Of a stretch of 45,502 bases of DNA, positions 9,922 to 19,313 are shown piece by piece. The stretch lies in NCBI GenBank assembly GCA_902783605.1, contig CACZRU010000292.1, forward strand, positions 1 through 45,502, given 5' to 3'. A model generated the notes under the pieces. That model was not told where the DNA came from, searched no databases, and saw only the letters and a list, made by a program, of their open reading frames with translations. Within the stretch, counting starts at the first letter, position 1. Each line of letters begins with the position of its first letter. Both the position numbers and the translations under genes were made by a program. This DNA comes from an uncultured Lachnospiraceae bacterium (GTDB lineage: Bacteria; Bacillota; Clostridia; Lachnospirales; Lachnospiraceae).

Positions 9922-10713
9922 ATGAAGAAAACGCTCCATACTTTCGTTATATGTGCATATAAAGAAAGTAAATATCTTGAAGAGTGTATTAAATCATTAG
10001 TGAATCAGACCTATAAATCAAAGATTATTATGATAACATCTACTCCAAATGATTATATAAGATATTTTGCTGATAAGTATGGGATTGAATTATTTATTAA
10101 TGAAGGTGAATCAGGGATAACTCAGGATTGGAATTTTGGGTTGAGTAAAGTTCGGACAAAACTTGCAACAATAGCACATCAAGATGATATCTACGAAAAA
10201 GAATATACTGAATGTATAATAAAATATTTAACTCATATAAAAAAACCAATTATTCTTTTCACTGATTATGGAGAGATAAGAAATGGTTTAAAAACTACAG
10301 ATGTAAGTATGCTCAAGATAAAGAGATTTATGCTCTCACCACTAAGGATAAGGGCTTTCAAGAGTTGTATATTTGTTCGAAGAAGAATTCTTTCTTTAGG
10401 AGATGCCATATGTTGTCCATCAGTATGCTATGCTATGGATAACCTTAAATTACCGATATTCCAGAATCATTATATGTGTTCAGAAGATTGGGAAGCTTGG
10501 GAGAATCTCTCAAGGATGAGAGGTGATTTTATTTATATACCAAAACCACTTATGTATCATAGAATACATGAAGAGTCAACAACTTCTAAAGCTTTGGAAA
10601 TGGGTACTAGAGTATATGAAAATTATGAAATGTTTTGTAAGTTCTGGCCAAAACCGATAGCGAGAATTATTAATAAGTTTTATACCAAATCAGAGGATTC
10701 GAATAAACTATGA
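9922..10713 (+). CDS. GT2 glycosyltransferase
   Basis: HTFVICAYKES, DWNFG, IAHQDD, CCPSV, EDWEAW, HRIHEES. The ORF is open from 9811; ATG 9922 avoids overlap with the upstream gene. Confidence 0.85.
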   Translation: MKKTLHTFVICAYKESKYLEECIKSLVNQTYKSKIIMITSTPNDYIRYFADKYGIELFINEGESGITQDWNFGLSKVRTKLATIAHQDDIYEKEYTECIIKYLTHIKKPIILFTDYGEIRNGLKTTDVSMLKIKRFMLSPLRIRAFKSCIFVRRRILSLGDAICCPSVCYAMDNLKLPIFQNHYMCSEDWEAWENLSRMRGDFIYIPKPLMYHRIHEESTTSKALEMGTRVYENYEMFCKFWPKPIARIINKFYTKSEDSNKL

Positions 10714-11705
10714 ATATTTTATATACAATTAATGATAATTTTGTTCCACAGGCTGCGGCAGGTATATGCTCTATCTGTGAAAATAATAAAGATATTAAAG
10801 AGATAAATTTTTATATTATGGGGCTTGAGGTTGCAGACGACAATAAGAAAAAACTACAATTTCTTGTAAAAAAGTATGAAAAAAAAGAATTAACAATTCG
10901 TAATATTATTTTTATTGATTTATATCAGTTAGAAGATTACTTTGACTTTGAGTTTGATACAACTGGGTGGAATTCAATAGTATTGGCAAGATTATTAATT
11001 GGTAAGTTATTGCCTCAAGATGTTAATAGAATTATATATCTTGATGGAGACACTATAGTTAGAGGAAGTCTAAAAGGTCTCTGGTACAAGAATCTTCATG
11101 GAAAGATGCTTGGTATGTGTGCTGAGCCAACAGTAAATCAAGCACGGAAGAAGTCAATGGGACTGAATGATTATTATTATCATAATGCTGGAGTGCTTTT
11201 GGTTGACTTAAAGAGGTGGAGAGAAAAATCTGCAGAAAGAATAATACTTGATTATTATAAGTTAAATAATGGAAAACTTTTTGCAAATGACCAGGATGCG
11301 ATTAATGCATCGCTAAAGGATGAGATAGCAGAATTATTACCAAAGTATAATTTCTCTAATATATATACGACATATCCGTACTGGTTTCTTAAGAGATTAG
11401 TTCGTCCAAGGAAGTATATGTCCAAGAGTTTATATATGGAATCTTTGAATAATCCTATAATAATACATTATTTAGGTGAAGAACGTCCTTGGAGAAAAGG
11501 GAATAAGCATCATTATAAAGACGACTATAAAAAATATTTAGGAATGACTGAATGGAAAGATACTTCAGATGAAGAAGGCTGGGAACTTTACTTTGTTCTT
11601 TGGAATATATTTAATGTTGTAATGAAACCTTTTCCTGCAGTTAGATATAGTATAATTGATCGATTGATTCCTGTATTTTTGAATTATAGAGCAAAGCATA
11701 AATAG
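10710..11705 (+). CDS. GT8 glycosyltransferase
   Basis: RIIYLDGDTIV, NAGVLLVDL, NDQDAIN, IIHYLGEERPW. Confidence 0.92.
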   Translation: MNILYTINDNFVPQAAAGICSICENNKDIKEINFYIMGLEVADDNKKKLQFLVKKYEKKELTIRNIIFIDLYQLEDYFDFEFDTTGWNSIVLARLLIGKLLPQDVNRIIYLDGDTIVRGSLKGLWYKNLHGKMLGMCAEPTVNQARKKSMGLNDYYYHNAGVLLVDLKRWREKSAERIILDYYKLNNGKLFANDQDAINASLKDEIAELLPKYNFSNIYTTYPYWFLKRLVRPRKYMSKSLYMESLNNPIIIHYLGEERPWRKGNKHHYKDDYKKYLGMTEWKDTSDEEGWELYFVLWNIFNVVMKPFPAVRYSIIDRLIPVFLNYRAKHK

Positions 11706-11715
11706 GTGAAGTGTA

Positions 11716-12639
11716 GTGAAAATTGAGATACTTCTTTCAACATATAATGGAGAACGATATCTTCGTGAGATGATGGATAGTCTTATTGGTCAGGATTATT
11801 CTGATTTTCATATTACGGTTAGAGATGATGGATCAAGTGATAATACTGTGGATATTATCAAAGAGTACCAATCTCTATACCAGGATAAGATTACATATAT
11901 TAAACCAGAATGTAATCTTGGGTATCCAGATTGTTTCTGGTACCTTTTGGAGAATTGTGAAGAGGCCGATATGTATGCTTTTTGTGATCAGGATGATGTA
12001 TGGAACTCGAGAAAACTAAGTTCCTGTTACGAGAAGTGTAAAGATATATACGCTGATAAACCGTTATTATATGTACATGATTATAATTTGGCCGATGGAG
12101 ATTTAAATGTATATGGTTCCCATAAATTATTGGATGAGGGGTTTGATCCCAAATATCCATATAACACAGTCTTCTATGTGATGACTCAGGGATTTACCAT
12201 GATCATAAATGATAAAATGCGTAACCGTTTATTAAAGGATAATGTTTTAGGGAAGAATATACCTCATGATAGATGGGCATTTTGGGCTGGATTCTTTGAA
12301 AAAGGAATAATATATGATGACAGAGATCTTGCTATATATCGAAGGCATGATGCTTCTGTAACGCAGACAGGAAAAGGTACTTTAGATCTTATAAAAGATT
12401 GGTGGTCTGAAGATGTTGTTGGGGGGAGACTTGCAGGCTGGTGTAAAGTAAGCCGGTATTTTGCAAGATGTTACACCAATGAGATGGATTCGAAAACCAA
12501 AAGAAGATGGATGCTTATATCTGGGTATAATAAAGGAATTGTCTGTTACCTTATGAGATTATTCTTTCCTATGAGACTTAAACCAACTATTCCTGGCGAG
12601 ATAGTTCTTAGACTATGTTTTCTTCTAAATAAGAAGTAG
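11716..12639 (+). CDS. GT2 glycosyltransferase (RgpB-like, probable rhamnosyltransferase)
   Basis: ILLSTYNGERY, RDDGSSD, FCDQDDVW, HDRW, YRRH. Confidence 0.85.
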   Translation: MKIEILLSTYNGERYLREMMDSLIGQDYSDFHITVRDDGSSDNTVDIIKEYQSLYQDKITYIKPECNLGYPDCFWYLLENCEEADMYAFCDQDDVWNSRKLSSCYEKCKDIYADKPLLYVHDYNLADGDLNVYGSHKLLDEGFDPKYPYNTVFYVMTQGFTMIINDKMRNRLLKDNVLGKNIPHDRWAFWAGFFEKGIIYDDRDLAIYRRHDASVTQTGKGTLDLIKDWWSEDVVGGRLAGWCKVSRYFARCYTNEMDSKTKRRWMLISGYNKGIVCYLMRLFFPMRLKPTIPGEIVLRLCFLLNKK

Positions 12640-12704
12640 AATGTACGTTTAATTATTTTTTAGGGCTATAATTTGAAATAAAAACTATTGAGAAAGAAGA
12701 AACA

Positions 12705-13877
12705 ATGAATTCGAATCATTTTATAAAAAAAGCATGTATTGCAATACTTAGTAATTTTGATAAGAGAAATAAGAAGATATGGCTATTTGGAGAATGGTTT
12801 GGAAAAAGATGTGGTGATAATTCTCTATATCTTGCTAATTATGTAGCCCAAAAACATCCTGATATTCATGTTTTTTTTGCCGCTAATAAGGACACGGATT
12901 TATCTCTTCTTGACAAAAGAATAAAGGTTATAGATAGAACGTCAAGAAAAAGTATAGCTGTATATAGAAGAGCTGGAGTTGTAGTTATGAATCAGGGCAT
13001 TCAGGACTTTATGGATGATCCATATAACTACTTCTCAGGTGCAGTCACAGTTAATCTGTGGCATGGTGTTCCATGGAAGAAGATATTTTTAGATTCATCG
13101 AAGAATACATCCTTCTTAGGAAAAATGATAGATAGGATAGCGATGGTAATGACAAGATCAAAGTATTATCTTTCGTTATCTGAAGATTTTACAAGAATTA
13201 TTAGAAATTCAACGGGTGTAAAAGATAAGAATATTATAAAGTCGGGGTATCCGAGGAATTCTATCTTTTATGATGATGAAGTAATAAAAACAGCAAAGGG
13301 AAGAATTATAGATGCATTAAAGAAAAATGGGGCTGATATTAATGATAAGACAAGGCTGATAACATATATGCCAACTTTTCGTGATTCGGGTGCACCTACT
13401 TTTTCTTTTAACGAAATGGATGAATCTTTCTTTGAATACTTAAGAACTGAGAATATTGTTCTGGTTGAAAAGAATCACTTTGCCGATATTAATAAGATGA
13501 AGGATTCAATAAGAAACCGAGTGATCAATCTTCCGGATTGTAATGCTCCAGAACTGCTTGCGGCATCAGATATGTTAATAACAGACTATTCAAGTTGTTT
13601 TTTTGATTACTTGGTTTTAGATAGACCAATTATTCATTTTATATATGATTATGAAGATTATTCCACTAAAGACAGAGGCGTATATTATTCAAAAGACGAA
13701 GTAGTATGTGGTGATACTGCTATGGACACTAGAGAATTATTTGATTCGATAAAAAGAAATATTTCAGATCCTAATATTAATCAGGATTTAAGAAACAAAC
13801 GAAGAGAAGTATATATTACATATGAAAACGAGGACAGCTGTAAGCAGATTTATGACTTTATAAGAGGAGTGCTTTGA
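12705..13877 (+). CDS. CDP-glycerol glycerophosphotransferase (TagB/TagF family)
   Basis: GDNS, NLWHGVPWKK, GYPRN, YMPTFRD, SDMLITDYSS, LDRPII. It overlaps tagD. Confidence 0.92.
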   Translation: MNSNHFIKKACIAILSNFDKRNKKIWLFGEWFGKRCGDNSLYLANYVAQKHPDIHVFFAANKDTDLSLLDKRIKVIDRTSRKSIAVYRRAGVVVMNQGIQDFMDDPYNYFSGAVTVNLWHGVPWKKIFLDSSKNTSFLGKMIDRIAMVMTRSKYYLSLSEDFTRIIRNSTGVKDKNIIKSGYPRNSIFYDDEVIKTAKGRIIDALKKNGADINDKTRLITYMPTFRDSGAPTFSFNEMDESFFEYLRTENIVLVEKNHFADINKMKDSIRNRVINLPDCNAPELLAASDMLITDYSSCFFDYLVLDRPIIHFIYDYEDYSTKDRGVYYSKDEVVCGDTAMDTRELFDSIKRNISDPNINQDLRNKRREVYITYENEDSCKQIYDFIRGVL

Positions 13878-14329
13878 TGAAAAGAGTTATAACATATGGA
13901 ACATTTGACTTGCTTCACTATGGTCATATTAATCTTCTAAGAAGAGCAAAAGCTCTTGGGGATTATTTGATAGTAGTTATCTCTTCCGATGAGTTTAACC
14001 TCAAAGAAAAGAATAAAAGGTGTTACTTCAGTTATGAACAAAGAAAGGCTCTTGTTGAGGCTATAAGATATGTAGATCTTGTTATTCCGGAGGAGAACTG
14101 GGAACAGAAAAGAAGTGACATGCATGAATATCATATAGATACTTTTGTTATGGGAGATGACTGGAAAGGAAAATTTGACTTCTTAAAAGAAGAGGGAGTT
14201 GAAGTTGTCTATCTTCCAAGAACCCCTGAGATTAGCAGTTCACAGATAAAGCATGATTTATATGATGCAGCAAGTGAAGAAGAAACTCAAACTGATCATA
14301 GTTCGATTAACACTGATCCAAAGAACTAA
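13874..14329 (+). CDS. tagD: Glycerol-3-phosphate cytidylyltransferase
   Basis: KRVITYGTFDLLHYGH, GDDWKGKFD, YLPRTPEISS. Confidence 0.95.
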   Translation: MMKRVITYGTFDLLHYGHINLLRRAKALGDYLIVVISSDEFNLKEKNKRCYFSYEQRKALVEAIRYVDLVIPEENWEQKRSDMHEYHIDTFVMGDDWKGKFDFLKEEGVEVVYLPRTPEISSSQIKHDLYDAASEEETQTDHSSINTDPKN

Positions 14330-14348
14330 TGGAAAGAGAGAATGAACT

Positions 14349-15800
14349 ATGAATATCTTGAAAAAATACAAAGGGATGAGTATACAAGTTAGGGCTGCTC
14401 TATGGTATACATTGTGTAACTTTATACAAAATGGAATAGCCTTTCTTTTGGTACCTGTTTACTTGTATTTTTTAAGTCAATCCGAATATGGTAAGTGGGT
14501 TACCTTTCAATCATGGAAGGATATTTTAATTATCTTTGCATCTCTTAATCTTTACTGTGGAGTATATACGAAAACTCTGGTAGATATAAAAGATGACAGA
14601 GACAAGTATACATCTAGTATGCAGGGACTCGGAACTACTGTTACTGTAGCGATGTTTATTATATATATTATCTTCAAAACAGCAATAAACAGATGGCTGG
14701 GATATAATACATTAACTATGTTGCTGTTGTTTGGATTTTTCATAGCATTTCCATCACTACAGTTCTGGCTTACTAGACAAAGAGTTGAATATAAGTATAA
14801 GCTTATGGTAGTTGTAACTATATTTACATCACTCATAACTCCTATTCTCAGTATATCTCTTATTGTTCTGACTGACTTAAAGTCCTATGCAGTGATATAT
14901 GGTTATCTTATATCACAAGTAATAATTGGTCTCTTTTTCTATATACTTCATTTTGTTAGAGGGAAAGTATTTTACGATAAAGGATACTGGAAGTATGCAC
15001 TTAAGTTTAATATTCCATTGATCCCACATTATTTATCATTGATTGTTCTTGGTCAATCTGACAGAATAATGATTCAAAGGATATGTAGTGATGCAGATGC
15101 CGGAGTGTATGGATTCGGATATCAGATAGCATCGGTAATGAGCGTTCTTGTTAATGCTATTAATGGGTCAAGAGTTCCCTGGACATATGAACAACTTCGG
15201 GATAAGGTGTATGAGGGCCTTAGAAAAGTATCAATATACCTTTGTATATTGATTGGAATGATTGTCTTAGCGGTCACATTGTTGTCTCCAGAAATTGTTA
15301 GAATTCTTACTATTTTTGGACATAAGTATGAACAATATAAGATTGCAGTATATGTAATTCCAGTAGTTGCCTTAGGGCTATTTTTTACTTTCGTATATGA
15401 TTTGTTTTGCAGCGTTGAGTTTTACTATGGAAAAACAAAAAATATAATGATTGCATCCTGTATTGGAGCGGGACTTAATATAATTCTAAATTCAATCTTT
15501 ATTCCGATGGTTGGACTGATAGCTGCAGCATTCACGACACTCTTTTGCTATATAGTTTTTATGTTTATGCATTATATATTTATGCGAAAGGTATGTAGAG
15601 ATGAGAAGATAGATGAACCAATATATAATTATAAGTGGATTTTTATTATCTCACTAATAATGTTTGTTTCTGTTATGCTGTGCCTCTTGACATATAAGAA
15701 CATATATGTAAGATATTCTGTTGTTGTAATTTTGGTGGCTGTTTCAATTATTAAGAGAGATATAATAATTAATACTATAAAGGTGATAAAGAAGAAATAA
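14349..15800 (+). CDS. wzx: Wzx-type oligosaccharide flippase #1
   Basis: About 12-14 hydrophobic segments, with SEYG, PLIPH, SDRIMI, AGVY and LNIILN..IP..G..AAA. Confidence 0.88.
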   Translation: MNILKKYKGMSIQVRAALWYTLCNFIQNGIAFLLVPVYLYFLSQSEYGKWVTFQSWKDILIIFASLNLYCGVYTKTLVDIKDDRDKYTSSMQGLGTTVTVAMFIIYIIFKTAINRWLGYNTLTMLLLFGFFIAFPSLQFWLTRQRVEYKYKLMVVVTIFTSLITPILSISLIVLTDLKSYAVIYGYLISQVIIGLFFYILHFVRGKVFYDKGYWKYALKFNIPLIPHYLSLIVLGQSDRIMIQRICSDADAGVYGFGYQIASVMSVLVNAINGSRVPWTYEQLRDKVYEGLRKVSIYLCILIGMIVLAVTLLSPEIVRILTIFGHKYEQYKIAVYVIPVVALGLFFTFVYDLFCSVEFYYGKTKNIMIASCIGAGLNIILNSIFIPMVGLIAAAFTTLFCYIVFMFMHYIFMRKVCRDEKIDEPIYNYKWIFIISLIMFVSVMLCLLTYKNIYVRYSVVVILVAVSIIKRDIIINTIKVIKKK

Positions 15801-16987
15801 TGAAAAAGACTAATATGATAAAGACTAATAAAAATAGAATAAAAAAACATATAACATTTATATATTCAGATTCAATACAAAAACAGGTTGCTGAGATGAT
15901 AGCATCTGAAGCTAAAAAGAGAGGGTATAGAACAAAGCTGTCGGATAAAAAGGATGTGAAGTGTGAGATAGGCTGGTATTGTGATCATGTTAATCTTCCA
16001 CAGTTTAGTAAGTTTTCAATCATCATGCTTCATGATATTACGCAGCAGTATGGTAACTGGCCTGATATATGGATGAGAGAGCCTTGGAATAAGTATGATA
16101 TAGGGTTTTTACCTAATAAAATCTGGGTAGATAATTGGAAGCAATGCTCTCAGTACTATTATGCAAATCCAAGAAAAGGAATGTATCTCTCTGGATGGCC
16201 TAAAGCTGATAGAGTATCAGCGCATCTTAGTGAAGAGAAGCGAAGGGCTTTTGCTGAGAGTGTTGGAATAGATGTATCTAAGCCGACTATTTTATATGCT
16301 CCAGCATGGGAAAATGATAACAAGCAAGACGAATTTGTTCAGGCTATGCTTCCATTAGATGTTAATATTATTGTTAAACAGGCGCCTTGGCCAGATTCAT
16401 ATGTAGAACAATTAGCAAATATTAAAGAGATGTATGAACTTCATAAGGATAATCCTAGAATTATCCAGCTGGAACCAAAGGTTAATATCCTTGATGTTAT
16501 AATGATTTCCGATGTCCTGGTTTCTGAGGAGTCTAGTACGATGTGTGAAGCGGTTATGATGGGAAAACCTGCAGTGTCTGTTACGGACTGGTTAATTCCA
16601 GATGTTACCCCAAGTCGTTATCCATCTGATGACTATGATTTTGTCATAAAAACTACAAAGGGCGAACTTAGTAATTGTATATCTGATGTTATTGAAAACT
16701 ATGAATCATATCAGGCTGAAGCACAGGAGTATTCAGATAATCATTTTTCAAATGTTGGACATTGTATTCCTATAATGTTGGATGTGCTGGATTCTTTTGT
16801 TGAAAAGAAAAAATGTGCAGTAAAGAGATTACGCCCGCAAAAAAGAAAACCTCTTGGATTAAAAAGAAGAATTGAACATGCGTATCATGTGATATTACGA
16901 GAAACTCGATGGAATTATTGCGAAAGAAATCCAATAATGAGTGCTTTGCTGGATATGTATTGCAGGATAAGAAAGATAGAACGGTAA
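15800..16987 (+). CDS. Divergent TagF-fold (GT-B) transferase; candidate CMP-phosphonate transferase
   Basis: GWPKAD, ILYAPAWE, IIVKQAP, SDVLVSEESS and GKPAV mirror the TagF motifs GYPRxD, ILYAPTWR, KxHP, SDxLITDYSS and xKPxI. It lies directly upstream of the AEP operon. Confidence 0.55.
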   Translation: MKKTNMIKTNKNRIKKHITFIYSDSIQKQVAEMIASEAKKRGYRTKLSDKKDVKCEIGWYCDHVNLPQFSKFSIIMLHDITQQYGNWPDIWMREPWNKYDIGFLPNKIWVDNWKQCSQYYYANPRKGMYLSGWPKADRVSAHLSEEKRRAFAESVGIDVSKPTILYAPAWENDNKQDEFVQAMLPLDVNIIVKQAPWPDSYVEQLANIKEMYELHKDNPRIIQLEPKVNILDVIMISDVLVSEESSTMCEAVMMGKPAVSVTDWLIPDVTPSRYPSDDYDFVIKTTKGELSNCISDVIENYESYQAEAQEYSDNHFSNVGHCIPIMLDVLDSFVEKKKCAVKRLRPQKRKPLGLKRRIEHAYHVILRETRWNYCERNPIMSALLDMYCRIRKIER

Positions 16988-17024
16988 TATTTAGATAATG
17001 ATATATTAATTGAATAGAAATAAC

Positions 17025-17052
17025 TTGCATTATATATAGATTGGGTTATAAT
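17025..17052 (+). promoter_or_regulatory. Putative sigma70/sigmaA promoter of the phosphonate operon
   Basis: TTGCAT (17025-17030), 16-bp spacer, TATAAT (17047-17052), within a 175-bp intergenic gap. Confidence 0.6.
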
Positions 17053-17069
17053 GAAATTGTTTCAATAAT

Positions 17070-17108
17070 AAAAATAGACTTTTAAATTATGAACAAAAGT
17101 CTATTTTT
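17070..17108. promoter_or_regulatory. Perfect 14-bp inverted repeat (operator or leader hairpin)
   Basis: AAAAATAGACTTTT-N11-AAAAGTCTATTTTT, just downstream of the predicted -10. Confidence 0.6.
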
Positions 17109-17180
17109 TATTTCATGAATCACATAGAAACTGTTATAAACCAGATTGTAAACAATTGATTATTGAACGAGAGAGGGAGT

Positions 17181-18071
17181 ATGGAATTAACAAGAAAACA
17201 ATTTGATATACTATGTATGCTTGAGGAGTCAGATGTATCTTTATCCCAAAGAGATTTAGAAAAAAATCTGGGGTATTCTTTGGGAACCATCAATAAGACT
17301 ATGCAAGAATTAACTGAATTAGGTTTTGTTCAGGATGGAGAGATTACCACGAAGGGTGTTGAGTCATTAGTACCTTATCAAGTAAAAAGAGCTGTTTTTA
17401 TCGCTGCAGGATTTGGTTCTCGTATGGTACCGATTACTTTCAACACTCCAAAACCTTTAGTTCGCGTTCATGGAGTTCGTATCATTGATCATCTCCTGGA
17501 TGCATGCATTGAGGCGGGGATAGAGGATATTTATATAGTGCGGGGATATTTAGGAGAGCAGTTTGATCAGTTATTATATAAGTATCCTAACCTAAAGTTT
17601 CTTGATAATCCCGTTTATAATGAAGCTAATAATATATCCAGTGCACTTGTTGCGAGACATCTGTTATCGAATGCTTATGTTTTTGAAGCGGATCTTCTTA
17701 TAAGCAATCCTAAGATAATTAAGAAGTATCATTATACATCGGATTTTCTAGCAATAAAAAAAGATAGAACTGATGACTGGTGCTTTGAAGTGAAGGATAA
17801 TATTATAGTTGAGGAAAAAGTTGGTGGTGAAAACTGCTGGCAGATGGTGGGGATATCTTACTGGAACTATGAGGATGGAGAGAAACTATCAGAAGATATA
17901 GCAAGCGTTTACGAGTCTCCAGGTGGTAAAGAAAGATATTGGGAACAGGTACCTCTTGTATATAGGAAAGATAAATATAAGGTTGGAATTAGAGAGTGTT
18001 TCGATGAAGATATAGTAGAGATAGATACATTCCGAGAATTGCAAGCGATAGATAAGACGTATGACGTATAG
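17181..18071 (+). CDS. Winged-HTH fused to LicC/PntC-like (phosphonate/phosphocholine) cytidylyltransferase
   Basis: N-terminal SQRDLEKNLGYSLGTINKTMQELTELGFV (wHTH), then AVFIAAGFGSRMVPITFNTPKPL, NNISS, EAD, YWE, EIDT. The ORF is open from 17163; ATG 17181 follows GGGAG. Confidence 0.85.
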   Translation: MELTRKQFDILCMLEESDVSLSQRDLEKNLGYSLGTINKTMQELTELGFVQDGEITTKGVESLVPYQVKRAVFIAAGFGSRMVPITFNTPKPLVRVHGVRIIDHLLDACIEAGIEDIYIVRGYLGEQFDQLLYKYPNLKFLDNPVYNEANNISSALVARHLLSNAYVFEADLLISNPKIIKKYHYTSDFLAIKKDRTDDWCFEVKDNIIVEEKVGGENCWQMVGISYWNYEDGEKLSEDIASVYESPGGKERYWEQVPLVYRKDKYKVGIRECFDEDIVEIDTFRELQAIDKTYDV

Positions 18072-18124
18072 AGATAAAAAGACTAGAAATAAATGATGAG
18101 TTTGAAATAAAAGGAGATAAAGAG

Positions 18125-19258
18125 TTGGAAACAATTAAAAGAAATATTTTACTAAATCCAGGACCATCTACGACAACTGATACAGTCAAGTATGCTCAGA
18201 TAGTACCAGATATATGTCCAAGAGAAAAAGAATTTGGAAGTCTTATGAAAGGACTTAGAGAAGATCTTGTGAAGATCGTTCATGGTGACTTGGATAAATA
18301 TACCAGCGTTCTATTCTGTGGTTCAGGAACAATAAATATAGATGCATGCATCAATTCGCTTCTTCCTGATGGAAAGAAGGTGCTTGTTGTTGATAATGGT
18401 GCATATAGCACAAGGGCTGTTGAAGTGTGCCAGTATTATGGTCTCCCACATATAGATTTGCAGTTTCCGGTTGATGAACTTCCTGATCTTGAAGTGGTAG
18501 AAAAAACTCTTAAGGAAAATCCGGATATCGGACTGGTTCATACAACTCATAATGAGACCGGAACGGGAATACTTAATCCGATAAGAGAGATAGGTGCACT
18601 TGCACATAAATACGGTGCAACTTTTACAGTAGATACTACAAGTACTTATGCCATGAGACCGATTGATATCGAGAAGGATAATATCGATTTCTGCATGGCT
18701 TCTGCACAAAAGGGACTAATGGCTTTTACTGGATTGTCCTTTGTGGTTGGAAACAAAGCTATTATTGAAGAATCAAAGAATTATCCGAAGAGATCTTATT
18801 ATACGAATCTTTATCTTCAGTATGAATTTTTTGAAAAAACTGGTGAGATGCATTTTACTCCTCCTGTACAGACTATATATGCAACTATTCAGGCTCTTAA
18901 GGAATACTGGTCTGAAGGAGAAGAGGCAAAATGGGCTCGTCATACCAGAGTTTTTAATGCAATAAATGAGGGGCTTGATGAATTAGGATTTAAACAGGTT
19001 ATAAAGCCAGAGTGGAGAGCAGGGCTGGTTTCTTCAGCAATCTATCCAGATGATCCTAATTGGAATTTTGAAAAAGTTCATGATTATTGTTACGAGAGAG
19101 GATTTACTATATATCCTGGAAAGATTTCAACGACAAATACATTTAGGCTTTGTGCACTAGGTGCTATTGATGAAGATGATATAAAAGATTTCTTTGTAGT
19201 GTTTAAGGAGGCACTTGATGCTGCAGGAGTATCATATCCTGTAACGTATAAGAACTGA
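18125..19258 (+). CDS. aepZ: 2-aminoethylphosphonate aminotransferase (PLP, class V)
   Basis: LLNPGP, DICPRE, HNETGTGILNP, VDTTS, SAQKG (PLP lysine), FTPP, GFTIYPGK. It is adjacent to pepM and ppd. Confidence 0.92.
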   Translation: METIKRNILLNPGPSTTTDTVKYAQIVPDICPREKEFGSLMKGLREDLVKIVHGDLDKYTSVLFCGSGTINIDACINSLLPDGKKVLVVDNGAYSTRAVEVCQYYGLPHIDLQFPVDELPDLEVVEKTLKENPDIGLVHTTHNETGTGILNPIREIGALAHKYGATFTVDTTSTYAMRPIDIEKDNIDFCMASAQKGLMAFTGLSFVVGNKAIIEESKNYPKRSYYTNLYLQYEFFEKTGEMHFTPPVQTIYATIQALKEYWSEGEEAKWARHTRVFNAINEGLDELGFKQVIKPEWRAGLVSSAIYPDDPNWNFEKVHDYCYERGFTIYPGKISTTNTFRLCALGAIDEDDIKDFFVVFKEALDAAGVSYPVTYKN

Positions 19259-19313
19259 TACAAATTCAAAGAAAAAGATTAATCTCATTGGCGTTTTCGT
19301 GAAAGGAAAAGAT

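Noticed and set aside
12705-14329. Full wall teichoic acid pathway
   Set aside because: No tagO or tagA seen; a single TagF-like enzyme beside wzx fits a glycerol-phosphate substituent better.
15800-15850. Short AAAGACTAATA duplication at a gene start
   Set aside because: Two copies in very A-rich sequence; it only makes the start codon ambiguous.
17181-18071. Classical lic phosphocholine operon
   Set aside because: No licA, licB or licD in the window, although they cannot be excluded elsewhere in the genome.
18125-19258. Catabolic phnW
   Set aside because: No phnX/phnA or phosphonate transporter nearby; it is co-oriented and adjacent to pepM and ppd, so biosynthetic.
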